This document shows, one piece after another, positions 10,228-20,680 of a DNA stretch of 64,000 nt. A program made the translations under genes and the position numbers. Source of the stretch: an uncultured Verrucomicrobiae bacterium. Lineage in GTDB: Bacteria; Verrucomicrobiota; Verrucomicrobiia; Limisphaerales; JAFGQR01. The stretch's first letter is position 1. Each line of letters begins with the position of its first letter. Under the pieces are notes generated by a model, which worked only from the letters and a program-made list of their open reading frames with translations, was not told the DNA's origin and did not search any database. The stretch covers positions 41,645-105,644 of the forward strand of contig CAWBHS010000027.1 of the NCBI GenBank assembly GCA_963788655.1, given 5' to 3'.

Positions 10228-11508
10228 TTAAGCAACTGGAGACTCACCAATTTTAATGGTTCTCCGGCCGGCTTCGTCTCGGGCGGCCTGCAATACCTGC
10301 TCGGAAACCGGGCCAATTTCAGGCACATCTTCCAAATCCGACAAGTCCGCCTGCAGGAGCGCCTCGAGGCTGGTCCAGCCATGGTGAACCAAAACATCCG
10401 CCTGTTCCGGCGTGATGCCTGGAATATCCGCCAAGGACTGCACGGCATGAGCCAGTTTGTCTTCAAATCCTTCGCTCACGGTTTGCTCGGCCTCAATATC
10501 CACCTGCCACCCCGTGAGCTTGGCCGTTAAGCGCGCGTTCTGACCGCGCTTGCCAATGGCCAGCGAGAGCTGGTCCGGCGTGACAATAATGCGGGCGCGA
10601 CGCCGTTTTTCGTCAATATCAAATGATTTCAATTTGGCCGGTGCCAGCGAATTGGCCAACAACACGGTAATGTCTTGATCCCAACGGATGATGTCCACTT
10701 TCTCGTTGTTGAGTTCGCGAACAATGTTTTTGACCCGTTGCCCGCGAAGTCCGACGCAGGCGCCCACCGGATCGACTTTGTTGTCTCGGGTCCAGACGCC
10801 GAGTTTGGTTCGGAAACCCGGTTCACGCGCGATGGATTTGATTTCAATCGTGCCATCGCTGACTTCAGACACTTCGAGTTGAAAGAGCTTCTTCACGAAA
10901 TTGGGGTCGGCGCGGGAGAGAATGATCTCCGGGCCGTGGGGACCGCTTTCCGTGACTTCCTTGACGTAGCAACGAATCCGTTCACCGATTTGATATTCCT
11001 CGGTGGGCACGCGCTCGCGGTTGGGCAACAGCGCGTCATAGCGCCCCAGGTCCACCGTAACGTCGGACTTCTCGAAGCGCCGGACCACCCCGTGAACGAT
11101 ATCGCCAACGCGGTCTTTAAACTCGGAAAATATCAGTTGCTTTTCCGCCCGGCGAATGTGCTGCAAGAGGGATTGTTTGGCGTAGGTTGAGGCAATGCGC
11201 CCAAAATCCGCGGGCGTTACTTCGACCTCGAGTTCATCGCCCAGTTTGGCCTCCGGTTTGATGCGCCGGCCATCGAACAGGGAAATTTGGTCATGCTTGG
11301 ACTCGACTTTTTCGACGACGATCAGCTTGGCAAAAGCTTTGATTTCCCCGGTTTTGGGATCCATTTCACAACGCAGTTCCCGCGCGGGCCCGATGGCTTT
11401 CTTGGCCGCCGAGGTAAGCGCCTCCTGGACGGCACCAATGAGCTTCTCCATTGGGATGCCTTTCTCTCGCACCCAATACTCCAGCACTGTTAATAAGTCC
11501 GCATTCAT
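10228..11508 (-). CDS. nusA: Transcription termination/antitermination factor NusA
   Basis: FGRIAS, S1 domain, AREPGFRTK, DPVGACVGLRGQRV, LSLAIGKRGQNARL. Start placed at MNADLLTVLE. Confidence 0.97.
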   Translation of the reverse strand: MNADLLTVLEYWVREKGIPMEKLIGAVQEALTSAAKKAIGPARELRCEMDPKTGEIKAFAKLIVVEKVESKHDQISLFDGRRIKPEAKLGDELEVEVTPADFGRIASTYAKQSLLQHIRRAEKQLIFSEFKDRVGDIVHGVVRRFEKSDVTVDLGRYDALLPNRERVPTEEYQIGERIRCYVKEVTESGPHGPEIILSRADPNFVKKLFQLEVSEVSDGTIEIKSIAREPGFRTKLGVWTRDNKVDPVGACVGLRGQRVKNIVRELNNEKVDIIRWDQDITVLLANSLAPAKLKSFDIDEKRRRARIIVTPDQLSLAIGKRGQNARLTAKLTGWQVDIEAEQTVSEGFEDKLAHAVQSLADIPGITPEQADVLVHHGWTSLEALLQADLSDLEDVPEIGPVSEQVLQAARDEAGRRTIKIGESPVA

Positions 11509-11541
11509 AAAGCAACAATCGCCTGCCTCCCACGAGGGGAA

Positions 11542-11570
11542 CAAAAAAGCCGGCAGAATAATCTCCGACT
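11542..11570 (-). terminator. Terminator-like hairpin in the nusA leader (candidate attenuator)
   Basis: Minus strand reads AGTCGGAGA-TTA-TTCTGCCGGCT followed by TTTTT, ~35 nt upstream of the nusA start. Confidence 0.6.
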
Positions 11571-11612
11571 TCGCGCGTGGGCCTTGAAGGCCATCTTTAC
11601 CATTCTGTTCAA

Positions 11613-11642
11613 ACCATAATTGCAACCTGCCCGACGAGTCAA
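11613..11642 (-). promoter_or_regulatory. Candidate sigma-70 promoter of the nusA-infB operon
   Basis: Minus strand reads TTGACT-N18-TATGGT, upstream of the leader hairpin. Confidence 0.45.
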
Positions 11643-11999
11643 GAATCAAGCTGACAGTATTTTCAACAAAAAAGTGACTTCGATTAAGAATTCCTCGCCC
11701 GATGATCCTTGCTCAGAACGGCTGGCAGTAATTTGCAAAAGATTGTTCCACAAGCACTTCCAAAGTGCGTCCAGGGAGCCTTGAAATTCACCGACGCGCG
11801 CAAGTAGAAGTAAACCAACACGTTACTGTTTGCCCTCCTTATCCAAGCATGAATATGGAATGCGTCGGTGCAGCAGTGCCGGAACGCCAACATCCTGGAC
11901 CAAGGAATCGTGCCCCCCCCGGCCGAGCCGATCAGAATGTCGGCGCTCGGCGCGCTCCCTGAGTTGTGACGTTGCCGGGGTGGGATCGGTGCGGGTTGA

Positions 12000-13235
12000 T
12001 CAAGACCGCCAAGGCAAACCGCGGTCAGGCTTAATCAATTTGCCGCCGGCGAGAATCTGGAATCGTTCTCCCCGCCATACGACTCGATTGCCAATGAAGG
12101 CCAGTCCCCAAATCAAGAATTGGAGCAGGTCTTTAATCGGGACCAACCCGAAATACCGGACATGGGCTGACGAACGGGTCAACCGAGCTTCAAGGTGCAG
12201 CGCGGTCAAGATGCGCACCAGCAGACAGACTCCCAGCCCGAGCGCCAACCAACTACCGGCTACCGGCTGCGAGAGAACCTCCACAGACGCGCGCTGAAAC
12301 TGCAGGAAATTCGGCCAATGGAACGGGTAAGTTTGGCCCACCGCCCACCAAGCCAGTGGCCAGATGGTGCCGTTGCTCAAGATGCTGAAGAAATAGGGAA
12401 CGGGCTGACAAGCCCGGATCGTTCGAGCCCAGCGGAGTTGATGCGACCAGACCTCCCGCCACCCCATCGGCACGCTCCGGCACTCGACCACCACCGGGCA
12501 AAGTTCGATGCATGCGCCGGTGGCGGCGACGCGCTGCCCTAGTTGATAATCGTCGGCCAGGTAATCGACCAGGCTGGCGAAGCCGCCGATGGGTTTGAGT
12601 TGGGTCTGGGTGGTAGCCATCACCGCGCCCAGCGCAAAGTCCAATGGTTTTAGGCTGCGCGCCTGCAGGACCTGGCTCCAAAAATCAGCATTCACCGCGA
12701 TGGCCTCCCAGCGCATTGCCACGTTGGCGGGATTGGCAATCTGATAGAAGCAATTGACCAGCCCCACCTTGCTGTCCGCCAACGGCGAAACCACCTGGCG
12801 CAACAAGTCTGTTGGCACCCACACGTCGGCGTCGCTGATAACCAAGGTTTCGTGTTTGATCAGCGGTTCCAGTTGAATCAGCGTGGACACCTTGGCATTG
12901 GGTCCAAGCGGCTCAGGACAGACGACCAATTGCGCGTCAGCTTCCGGATAGCGGGTTAGAAGCTGGCGGACGAGATCGCCGACCGGATCTTGCGCCGAGG
13001 CAACTCCGAACAGGAATTGCACGGGCGCGGGATACGTCTGCTTCAACCAACTTTCCAGGCAAGCAGCGGTTTCAGGATCGCAGCCTTTGAGGGGCTTCAA
13101 CACCGTCACCGGCGGAGCGGCAGCAAGTTCTTCGTCGCGGTGGTGCAGGCGAAATCGCCAGGTTACCGTCCATTGCCACAATCCTAGTCCCAGACTAAGC
13201 AGGGCCAGGAAGGTCAGCGGAAGGGTCAAGAACAT
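12000..13235 (-). CDS. hpnI: HpnI-like / ceramide glucosyltransferase-family glycosyltransferase (GT21)
   Basis: VTVLKPLKG, GPNAKV, ISDADV, GGFASLVDYLADDYQLG, HQLRWARTIR; transmembrane segments at both ends. Confidence 0.85.
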   Translation of the reverse strand: MFLTLPLTFLALLSLGLGLWQWTVTWRFRLHHRDEELAAAPPVTVLKPLKGCDPETAACLESWLKQTYPAPVQFLFGVASAQDPVGDLVRQLLTRYPEADAQLVVCPEPLGPNAKVSTLIQLEPLIKHETLVISDADVWVPTDLLRQVVSPLADSKVGLVNCFYQIANPANVAMRWEAIAVNADFWSQVLQARSLKPLDFALGAVMATTQTQLKPIGGFASLVDYLADDYQLGQRVAATGACIELCPVVVECRSVPMGWREVWSHQLRWARTIRACQPVPYFFSILSNGTIWPLAWWAVGQTYPFHWPNFLQFQRASVEVLSQPVAGSWLALGLGVCLLVRILTALHLEARLTRSSAHVRYFGLVPIKDLLQFLIWGLAFIGNRVVWRGERFQILAGGKLIKPDRGLPWRS

Positions 13236-13300
13236 GAGAGCATTTCAACAAATGGTCGCCGATAGGTTAGTCCGGAGTCGCATGGTTCCCTCGGTTCGTA

Positions 13301-14520
13301 CTACAGTTGGTCCACAGTAATAACGCGCAGGATTTCTTCCAACGTCGTCTGGCCCGCAAAGACGCGTTGGAGACCGTTCTGCCACATCGTTTGCATGCCT
13401 TGCTGGATGGCCACTTGCTGGAGTTGGCGGGTGGGGAGTTTTTGCAGCACCGCATCCCGAAACACTTCGTTGACGACCAATAGTTCGGTGACTGCGGTTC
13501 GTTCGGCGAAGCCGGTCCGCACGCACCCCGGGCAACCGACGCCGCGCTTGAATTCCACGCCAGCAGGCAATTCTTCTCCGAGGCAGACTCAACAGGTTTG
13601 GATCCGGTAAATACGCTTCGAGGCAATGGGGGCAGTTCTGGCGGATCAAACGAATGCCGAGCACCCCAATGATGCTGGAAGCCAGCAGGAAGGGCTCGAT
13701 TTCCATGTTGATCAACCGGGCAAAGACACCGGCCGCAATTCCGCTGTGAATGGTGCTGATGATCAAGTGACCCGTCAGGCCAGCTTGCACCGCAATGTTG
13801 GCCGTCTCCGGATCCCGGATTTCGCCCACCATGATCACTTGCGGATCCTGGCGCATCAAGCGAACGCAGCGCCTTGGCGTAAGTAAAATCCTGCGCCAAG
13901 TTGATCTGCGATTGACTGACCATGGGCAGGTTATACTCAACCGGATCCTCCACGGTGCTCACGCTGATCGCTGGCCCGGCATTGTGAACGATGTGGGTCA
14001 GGGCGGCGTAAATGGCCGTGGTTTTTCCCGATCCCGTCGGACCGGTCAGGAGCAGTAATCCGCTCGGGTGGGCCAGCAACTTCGACAACGTTTGATGCGT
14101 GGTCACGTCCAGACCCAGTTGCGCCAGATCGAAGCTACGGTTGGTCGGATCAAACAAACGAACCACGATCTTTTCACCGCGCACCGTGGGAAAAACCGAA
14201 ACCCGCAATTCGACGCCGCCAAGTTCCGGCCCCACGGAAGCATGTCCTTCCTGCGGCAAGCCGGTCTGGTAACTGACCAGGTTGGCAATGACCTTGAACC
14301 GACCCGCAACCTTGTCCAGGAGTTCCAGGGGCAGATGCACCAATTCGGTCAAGACACCGTTCAAGCGAATGCGGACGACAATCGAGCTCTCCCACGCCTC
14401 GATATGTATGTCGCTGGCCCCTGCCGTGATGGCATCGGCCAGCAGACAGTTCACCAGCACACCAATCTCAATCGCGTGTTCCGCGGATTCGGATTGCAGA
14501 TACTGGAGCGTTTGGTTCAT
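13301..14520 (-). CDS. GspE/PulE/PilB-family secretion ATPase (two apparent frameshifts)
   Basis: ASDIHIE, Walker A GPTGSGKTT, TVEDPVEY; RQDPQVIMVGEIRD and CPHC in a second frame; GCPGC...TTLEEILRV in a third frame. Confidence 0.9.
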
Positions 14521-14801
14521 GGCCGGCGATGGCGGGGCCACGGTAAGATTGGCTGAAGAATTAAAAAGTTGAAGGGGTGAAGCGGTAAAAACGTTGTGCG
14601 GTGTTCGCAAACCTTGAAAGACAGCCTTGGCGACGAGGCTCCGGACGCAGCGCGAGAACGAGCCGTTACTGAAAAGTGACTCGCCCTCGAATCTGCCCAA
14701 GCCTCATTCGTCCATCCACACGTATCCATTTGTGCCACTATCTCACAAAAACTGTGCAACCACGGCCACGCACCAGCCCTTCAACCATTCAACTCGTCCC
14801 G

Positions 14802-15842
14802 TCACCTCTTGCCCTCGCCGTCCAGTTCGCGGAGGCGGATTTCCAATTGCTTGACGCGACGCATCAATTCCGGCAAGTGCTGCACCGCCAGAACTTGGCG
14901 CTTCGCCGGGCGATCCGATTGCGCGGGGATACCGAACCATTTCTCGCCGTCAGGAATGCTGTGCATGACCCCGGACTTGGCGGCGATGGTCACTCGACTG
15001 CCAATTTTCAAATGGCCCGCCAATCCCACCTGGCCCGCCAGCGTCACATAGTCGCCCAGCGTAGTGCTGCCGGCGATGCCGACCTGTGAAACGATGATGC
15101 AATGCTCACCGATGGTGACGTTGTGGGCGATCATTACCAGGTTGTCGATCTTGGTGCCCTTGCCGATTACGGTCGAACCCAGCGCGCCGCGATCCACCGT
15201 CACATTCGCGCCGATCTCGACGTCGTCATGCACGACGACGTTGCCGACTTGCGGCACTTTAACGTGGCGGCCTTGGTCAAACACATAGCCAAACCCGTCG
15301 GAGCCCAACACCGATCCGGCATGGATGCACACTCGGTTGCCCACCTGAGTACGGGCGTACAGGACGACGTTGGGAAACAGGTGCGTGTCCGCCCCCAGCC
15401 GGCAATCTTCACCGAGGTGATTGCCGCCTTCCAAAATACAGCGTGGCCCGATCTCGACTCCCGCGCCGATCACGCAAAACGAACCGATGCACGCGGTCGG
15501 ATCAATCTTCGCGCCGGCATCCACCACCGCGGACGGATGCACACCCGGCGCAAAACTTGGTTCCGGAAAAAACAATGGCAGCACCTGGGCAAAAGCCACC
15601 CGCGCGTTGGGCACGCGAATGAGCGTTTTCTTAACGGAACTGAAATCGCCGGCCACCAAAATGGCCGAAGCGGCGCTTGCCTCCGCGAGGGCAAAGTAAC
15701 TCTCGTTCTCGGCAAAGGTCAGATCGCCCGGTTGGCTGGTATCGGCAGGCGAAAAGCCCGTCAATTTCACCGTCCCGTCGCCCACGACTTTCCCTCCCAG
15801 TTTTTCAGCAATTCCTGCGGCAGTGTATGGCATAAGGTTCAT
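14802..15842 (-). CDS. lpxD: UDP-3-O-(3-hydroxyacyl)glucosamine N-acyltransferase
   Basis: Hexapeptide repeats, GSDGFGY, VEIGANVTVDRG, TKIDNLVMIAHNV. The start may be 15833. Confidence 0.96.
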   Translation of the reverse strand: MNLMPYTAAGIAEKLGGKVVGDGTVKLTGFSPADTSQPGDLTFAENESYFALAEASAASAILVAGDFSSVKKTLIRVPNARVAFAQVLPLFFPEPSFAPGVHPSAVVDAGAKIDPTACIGSFCVIGAGVEIGPRCILEGGNHLGEDCRLGADTHLFPNVVLYARTQVGNRVCIHAGSVLGSDGFGYVFDQGRHVKVPQVGNVVVHDDVEIGANVTVDRGALGSTVIGKGTKIDNLVMIAHNVTIGEHCIIVSQVGIAGSTTLGDYVTLAGQVGLAGHLKIGSRVTIAAKSGVMHSIPDGEKWFGIPAQSDRPAKRQVLAVQHLPELMRRVKQLEIRLRELDGEGKR

Positions 15843-15941
15843 TCCGATTCAGGTAAAACTTGAAAGCTATGGACGTTGGCTAACCAGTCACCGCTCTTCA
15901 CCCCAACCGGCTCCTCCCAGCGACTTGTTGCTGCCATTCCA

Positions 15942-16304
15942 TCAAACGCCGCGTTCGGTGATGACGACGTTCTTTTCACCCAGCACGATGACGTGGGGCT
16001 GCCAGGTTCTGGCGGCCACTTCCTCCACCTCGGTGTAGCTCATGATCGTGAGCAAATCCCCGGCCCGGCCCAAGCGGGCGGTGGCGCCGTTGAGCACAAT
16101 GGCAGCGGAACCCCGTTCGCCCGGGATGGCGTAAGTTTCGAAACGGGCGCCATTCGCCATGTTTCCGCACAGAATTCGCTCATAAGGAAACAGGCCGACC
16201 CGGCTCATGAAGTCGGCATCAATCGTCAGGCTGCCTTCGTAGTTCACATTGGCAGCCGTCACGCGCGCCCGATGGATTTTAGATTTCAGTAAATGGACCA
16301 ACAT
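15942..16304 (-). CDS. panD: Aspartate 1-decarboxylase
   Basis: LKSKIHRARVT, YEGSLTID (self-cleavage GS), NGARFETY, LNGATAR. Confidence 0.96.
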   Translation of the reverse strand: MLVHLLKSKIHRARVTAANVNYEGSLTIDADFMSRVGLFPYERILCGNMANGARFETYAIPGERGSAAIVLNGATARLGRAGDLLTIMSYTEVEEVAARTWQPHVIVLGEKNVVITERGV

Positions 16305-16432
16305 AAGGGTCAAGTCGCCGGCGACTCGTTGTCGGGACGAATAATAAGTTCAATAGCCGCCAATTCAACACCTTCTTTTTCCGCCACGTGCGGCCGGCAT
16401 CTTGCCGGCGGTTTGGCACGACGGGTCCGAGT

Positions 16433-16557
16433 AAATGACCACTGTTCAATAGCCCAAGGGCCAATACCCATCACCAACGGGCGGGCGATGCGATGATTGG
16501 TTGGGCATTCGGGAGGTGGTCATTCTCTGGGCGTTGGTCATTGGCAATTGATCATTT
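16433..16557. repeat. Inverted blocks of degenerate heptamer tandem repeats
   Basis: AATGACC/AATAGCC/AATACCC-type units facing TTGGGCA/TTGGTCA/TTGATCA units. Confidence 0.55.
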
Positions 16558-16776
16558 CTTCCCCCCGGCCAGTTCCTTCGGTCGCCGCGCTTGCATTCGG
16601 TTCTGTCGGCGGGACGCCGGTAACACGCTGCCCCATCCCTTGTCCACCCTCGCACAAAAACGCTTGAACCAACCCAGCTTTGCTTTAGTCTCCCCGCCCA
16701 GAATTCATCGACCGGGAAAACCCGACAGGGTTTCCATGGAACAAACGAATATTGAATCAGCTAAACAACAGAATCT

Positions 16777-17967
16777 ATGTCCAATAAACCTCTCAATGTC
16801 GGTCTGGTCGGCGGTGGCAAAGGCGCTTTCATCGTTCACCCCCATCAAAAAGCTATTCATTTTGACGGTACCCGTCGCGTCACGGCGGGCGCGTTGTTCC
16901 CCGATCCCAAGATCGCCCTCGAGGAAGCCGCCAACTGGCCCTACCCCATCAAGGGTTACGGTTCCTACGACGAAATGATCGGCGCCCAGGCCAGCCTGCC
17001 CGCGGACGAAAAACTCGATTACATCCTCATCGTCACGCCCAACTTCGTGCATTTCGATCCGGCCATGAAGGCGTTGGACGCCGGCATTCCCGTGTTCTGC
17101 GAGAAGCCGCTGACCGTTACCCTCGAGGAAGCTGAAAAAATCGTGAAGAAGGTCAAGGAGAAGAAAATCCCCTTTGGGGTGGCGCACACGTATCTTGGCC
17201 ATTGGACCAGCCGGTTCAGCCGGTACATCGTGCGCGCCGGCTTGCTGGGCGAGGTCCGCTGGGTGGACGCCTATTATATTCAGGGCTGGCTGGCCACCAA
17301 ACTCGAAGACACCGGCCAGCAACAGGCCTCCTGGCGCGTCGATCCCAAGAAAGCCGGCGGCTCGGGTTGCGGTGGCGACATTGGCACGCACGCACTCATG
17401 CAGCTTCGCTATGTGACCGGACTGGAAGTCGAAGAACTTTCGGCGAACCTGGAAGTCTTCGTGAAGGGCCGCCCGATTGACGACCATTTCACGGCCTATT
17501 GTCACCTGAACAACGGCGCGCGCGCGCTGGTCCGCGCCTCGCAAATTGCCGTCGGCCATTTGAACGACCTCGGCATGGAAGTTAACGGCACCAAGGGCAC
17601 CTTGCGCTGGCGACAGGAAGATCCGGAAGTGGTCACCATTTCATTGATGGGCCAACCGGATCGCGTTTATTACCGCGGCGCCGTTGCACCGGGCGATGGT
17701 TTCCTGCCCCAGGACGTGCCCGCCGACCTCATGGCCGAACCGACCGTCCCAGCGGGGCACCCCGAGGCGTTCCACGATGCGTTTGCGCGCCTGCACCGTT
17801 GCTTCGAGGCGGACGTGCGCAAATACAAGGCCGGGCAGCCGTTCGCATGCGACGGGTCGAAATACGCCAACGTCGAAGACGGCTGGATGGGCATGGCCTT
17901 CATCCAGACGGCCGTCGAATCCAGCTCGAAGAAAGGCACGTGGACACCGATGCCCAAGCTGGGCTAA
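16777..17967 (+). CDS. Gfo/Idh/MocA-family oxidoreductase
   Basis: [45 protein letters not shown]. Confidence 0.93.
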   Translation: MSNKPLNVGLVGGGKGAFIVHPHQKAIHFDGTRRVTAGALFPDPKIALEEAANWPYPIKGYGSYDEMIGAQASLPADEKLDYILIVTPNFVHFDPAMKALDAGIPVFCEKPLTVTLEEAEKIVKKVKEKKIPFGVAHTYLGHWTSRFSRYIVRAGLLGEVRWVDAYYIQGWLATKLEDTGQQQASWRVDPKKAGGSGCGGDIGTHALMQLRYVTGLEVEELSANLEVFVKGRPIDDHFTAYCHLNNGARALVRASQIAVGHLNDLGMEVNGTKGTLRWRQEDPEVVTISLMGQPDRVYYRGAVAPGDGFLPQDVPADLMAEPTVPAGHPEAFHDAFARLHRCFEADVRKYKAGQPFACDGSKYANVEDGWMGMAFIQTAVESSSKKGTWTPMPKLG

Positions 17968-18051
17968 GACCTCGGAGTGGAGAATGACGCGTGGAAACGT
18001 GCGCTTTCAACTCTGGCGGAATTACACCTTAAACGCCTCAATTCAATGGCA

Positions 18052-18085
18052 GCAGGGCGGCGCCGTGGTGCCGCCCTGTTCTTTT
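18052..18085 (+). terminator. Intrinsic terminator
   Basis: GCAGGGCGGC-loop-GCCGCCCTGT followed by TCTTTT after the oxidoreductase. Confidence 0.7.
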
Positions 18086-18099
18086 GGAACAACGCCAGA

Positions 18100-18252
18100 C
18101 TAGAACAACGGATACAGCAACGGTGCCAACGGCGAAGACGCGCTGAAGACCAGGAAGAGGCCAAGGAGCAACAGGAGAACCACCAGCGGCACCAGCCACC
18201 ATTTCTTTTCCTGTCGCAGGAATAGCAGAAACTCTTTGAAGATTTCCCACAT
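18100..18252 (-). CDS. Small membrane protein, DUF5989-like (50 aa; below the ORF-track cutoff)
   Basis: Translated by hand: MWEIFKEFLLFLRQEKKWWLVPLVVLLLLLGLFLVFSASSPLAPLLYPLF*. It carries the KKWWL.P and AP..Y.LF signature. Confidence 0.82.
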   Translation of the reverse strand: MWEIFKEFLLFLRQEKKWWLVPLVVLLLLLGLFLVFSASSPLAPLLYPLF

Positions 18253-18459
18253 GCGTTGCCGGGATTCGTAGCCGATTGTAGGAGCAATGGCAAATGGAAA
18301 GGAGGGGGAGCCGGGATGTTAAGATGCTGGATGCCGGATGCCAGATAGCTGAAGGTGAATGCTCGTTCATGAGTGGGGCTGTGAAGGTGGCTGGCTCCCG
18401 CGGGAAATGATTGACTTCGGAAAGGCGATGCGGAATCAAGGGCTATGATCGGTCGCCTT

Positions 18460-19148
18460 TCGTGACTTGCCTGATGCTGGGGTTATTCCAGCGCTTCCAC
18501 CCTCTTCGCGGACCCGCCACCACACGGCAGTTTGATCGATCCCGGATTCGAAGCCGCGAAACTGACCGACCCGTGGCGGACCTGGATCTACCATGACGGC
18601 ACCGCGCTGCTCATTTGCTTCGATACGCCGATCGCGTCGCAGGGAAAACAACCACGCCTGGTCGGAGGATTGACCCGGCGGACATGGCCGTTGGCCAAGT
18701 GATCGCCCTGCCCCCGGCCTCCGGCTGACGGGCCAAGTGCCGCGTGAAAACCGAGAAACTCACTGCGGGTGGTCGCACCGACATCGGCAGCGCGCTGCAC
18801 ATTCAGACAACCAATGGAGCGACGCTGGCGCGCGGGCCGAGCACGTTTGGCACGCCACCGTGGAAGCAGACTGAAGCGGTTTTCCGGGTTCCTTCAGAAG
18901 GGCGGGTCAACGTGGTGCTCTTCTTCATTGGCTATGGCCAAGGCACCGGCAAAGTCTGGTTCGACGACGTGCGACTGGAGCAAATCCGCGCCGCTGGCCA
19001 TCCGGAAATTGAGATCACAGCCGAGCACCTCACTCAACGATCCATCGACGCTAAGCAAGGCGGCCAATTCATCGAACCGCTCTGCGGCCTGATTCCGCGC
19101 GAAGCTGCGTTCAACCGCGCATTTCAAGTCGGGCGTCTGCGCGGCTGA
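18460..19148 (+). pseudogene. Remnant of a carbohydrate-binding module plus the start of a GH51-like arabinofuranosidase
   Basis: CBM4/9-like VKTEKL...GTGKVWFDDVRLE followed by IDAKQGGQFIEPLC, then an abrupt stop; the 5' part is frameshifted. Confidence 0.5.
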
Positions 19149-19200
19149 GGGTAACGGCGCGCCAATTGCACTTGAATGCTGCGCGGCAGCCGCCATCCAA

Positions 19201-20382
19201 TCAGTACACGTCCCGCAAGTAGCGCTTTTCGGCTTTCATCAGTGTCTGGTTCACGTATTCGGCGGCGCCTTCGGGAGTCATGCCGCCTTGTTCCTGGGCA
19301 ATTTCAATCAGGGCTTGATGCACGTCCTTGGCCATGCGCCGGGCATCACCGCAGACGTAAAAGCAGGCGCCGTTTTGAAGCCAGGACCAGAATTCCTTGG
19401 CGTTCTCTTTCAAACGGTGCTGCACATAAATCTTTTCCGTTTGATCACGCGAAAACGCCAAATCCAACCGGTGCAGGGCGCCGGACTTGTGGTAGTTCAG
19501 CCATTCGTTGCCGTACAGGAAATCGCAGGACTGGCGTTGTTCACCGAAAATCAGCCAGTGCCGGCCCGTGGCGCCACGATGCACCCGTTCCTGGAGGAAC
19601 GCCCGGTAAGGGGCGATCCCCGTTCCGGCGCCCAGCATGATTATGTCGGTGGCACCATCTTCGGGTAGCCGAAACGTTTTGGACGGTTGCACGTACACGG
19701 GGATGTTGGGCAGGCGGATGTTGCTGTGATCGGCAAAAAAGCCGGAACAGAACCCAGTCTTTTGCCGTCCGTGCGTTTCGTAGCGCACGACGGCAATGCA
19801 CAGGTGAACTTCGTTCGGGTACAGCGTTTGCGAGGAGGCGATGGAATAGAGCCGGGGGGTCACCGGCGACAATTGCGCCAGAAAAGCCTGGGGCGATTCA
19901 AACCGGGCTTCATCGAACTCCCGCAAAATGTCCACATAATCACGGGAGAAAATGTATTCCCCCATCAGCGTTTCGGTGTCCACGAGTTCCATCAACCGAT
20001 TGCGCTGCTCGCCTTGGGGAATGATCGCGCTGAGGCCGAACATGATTTTGCGATTGGCCCGATTCAACACGTAATTGTGCAACAGGGCCTCGCGGAACGG
20101 CACCGTCTGGCCTTCCGGATTGGTGACCGACGCCTGGGGAGCGAAACCCAATTCCTGGATCAGTTCGTCCACCAACGGCGGCGCATTATTGGCGAAGGCT
20201 CCCAGGGAATCGCCCGGTTGGTACGTGAGCCCACTGGCCGAGATGTTCAACACAAAGTGCCGGGTATCCTTCTCCGAACCCTCGCTCGTCAACAAGCGAT
20301 GCTCGGTCAGGTGCGCCATAAACGGGTTCTTTCGCGAATAAGTCATTTGCGGTTTCAAGGGTGCCATCGGTTTGTCTGTCAT
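19201..20382 (-). CDS. Sulfite reductase flavoprotein-like FAD/NADPH module (CysJ-like, no flavodoxin domain)
   Basis: YSRKNPF, PRLYSIASS, GFCSG, MLGAGTGIAPYRAF, AFSRDQ..KIYVQ, YVCGDA, RYLRDVY. Confidence 0.88.
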   Translation of the reverse strand: MTDKPMAPLKPQMTYSRKNPFMAHLTEHRLLTSEGSEKDTRHFVLNISASGLTYQPGDSLGAFANNAPPLVDELIQELGFAPQASVTNPEGQTVPFREALLHNYVLNRANRKIMFGLSAIIPQGEQRNRLMELVDTETLMGEYIFSRDYVDILREFDEARFESPQAFLAQLSPVTPRLYSIASSQTLYPNEVHLCIAVVRYETHGRQKTGFCSGFFADHSNIRLPNIPVYVQPSKTFRLPEDGATDIIMLGAGTGIAPYRAFLQERVHRGATGRHWLIFGEQRQSCDFLYGNEWLNYHKSGALHRLDLAFSRDQTEKIYVQHRLKENAKEFWSWLQNGACFYVCGDARRMAKDVHQALIEIAQEQGGMTPEGAAEYVNQTLMKAEKRYLRDVY

Positions 20383-20680
20383 AATTGGTCGCTATCGCAA
20401 GAATGACCCAATCTAACGAGTTTTTCCGGGAGCGCAATGCGGCAGAGGTAAAATCCAAAACGCGGAATCCAAAAGCCAATAGCCAGAACGGCAAAGGGGG
20501 GCCTGGACCAGCTTGCGGAGGACAGTCATCCGGCGGAGCGAACCGGTTCGTCCAAGCACGCGTTCGCGCTTCGGATTAGCCGTATCCAAAATCGCGAAGC
20601 CTGGGGTATTACGCCGGCTTGCTTCCGCTTTCGACAGTCTGCGGAATGAACCAACGGCTGGTTGGTTTTGCGGCGAATGT

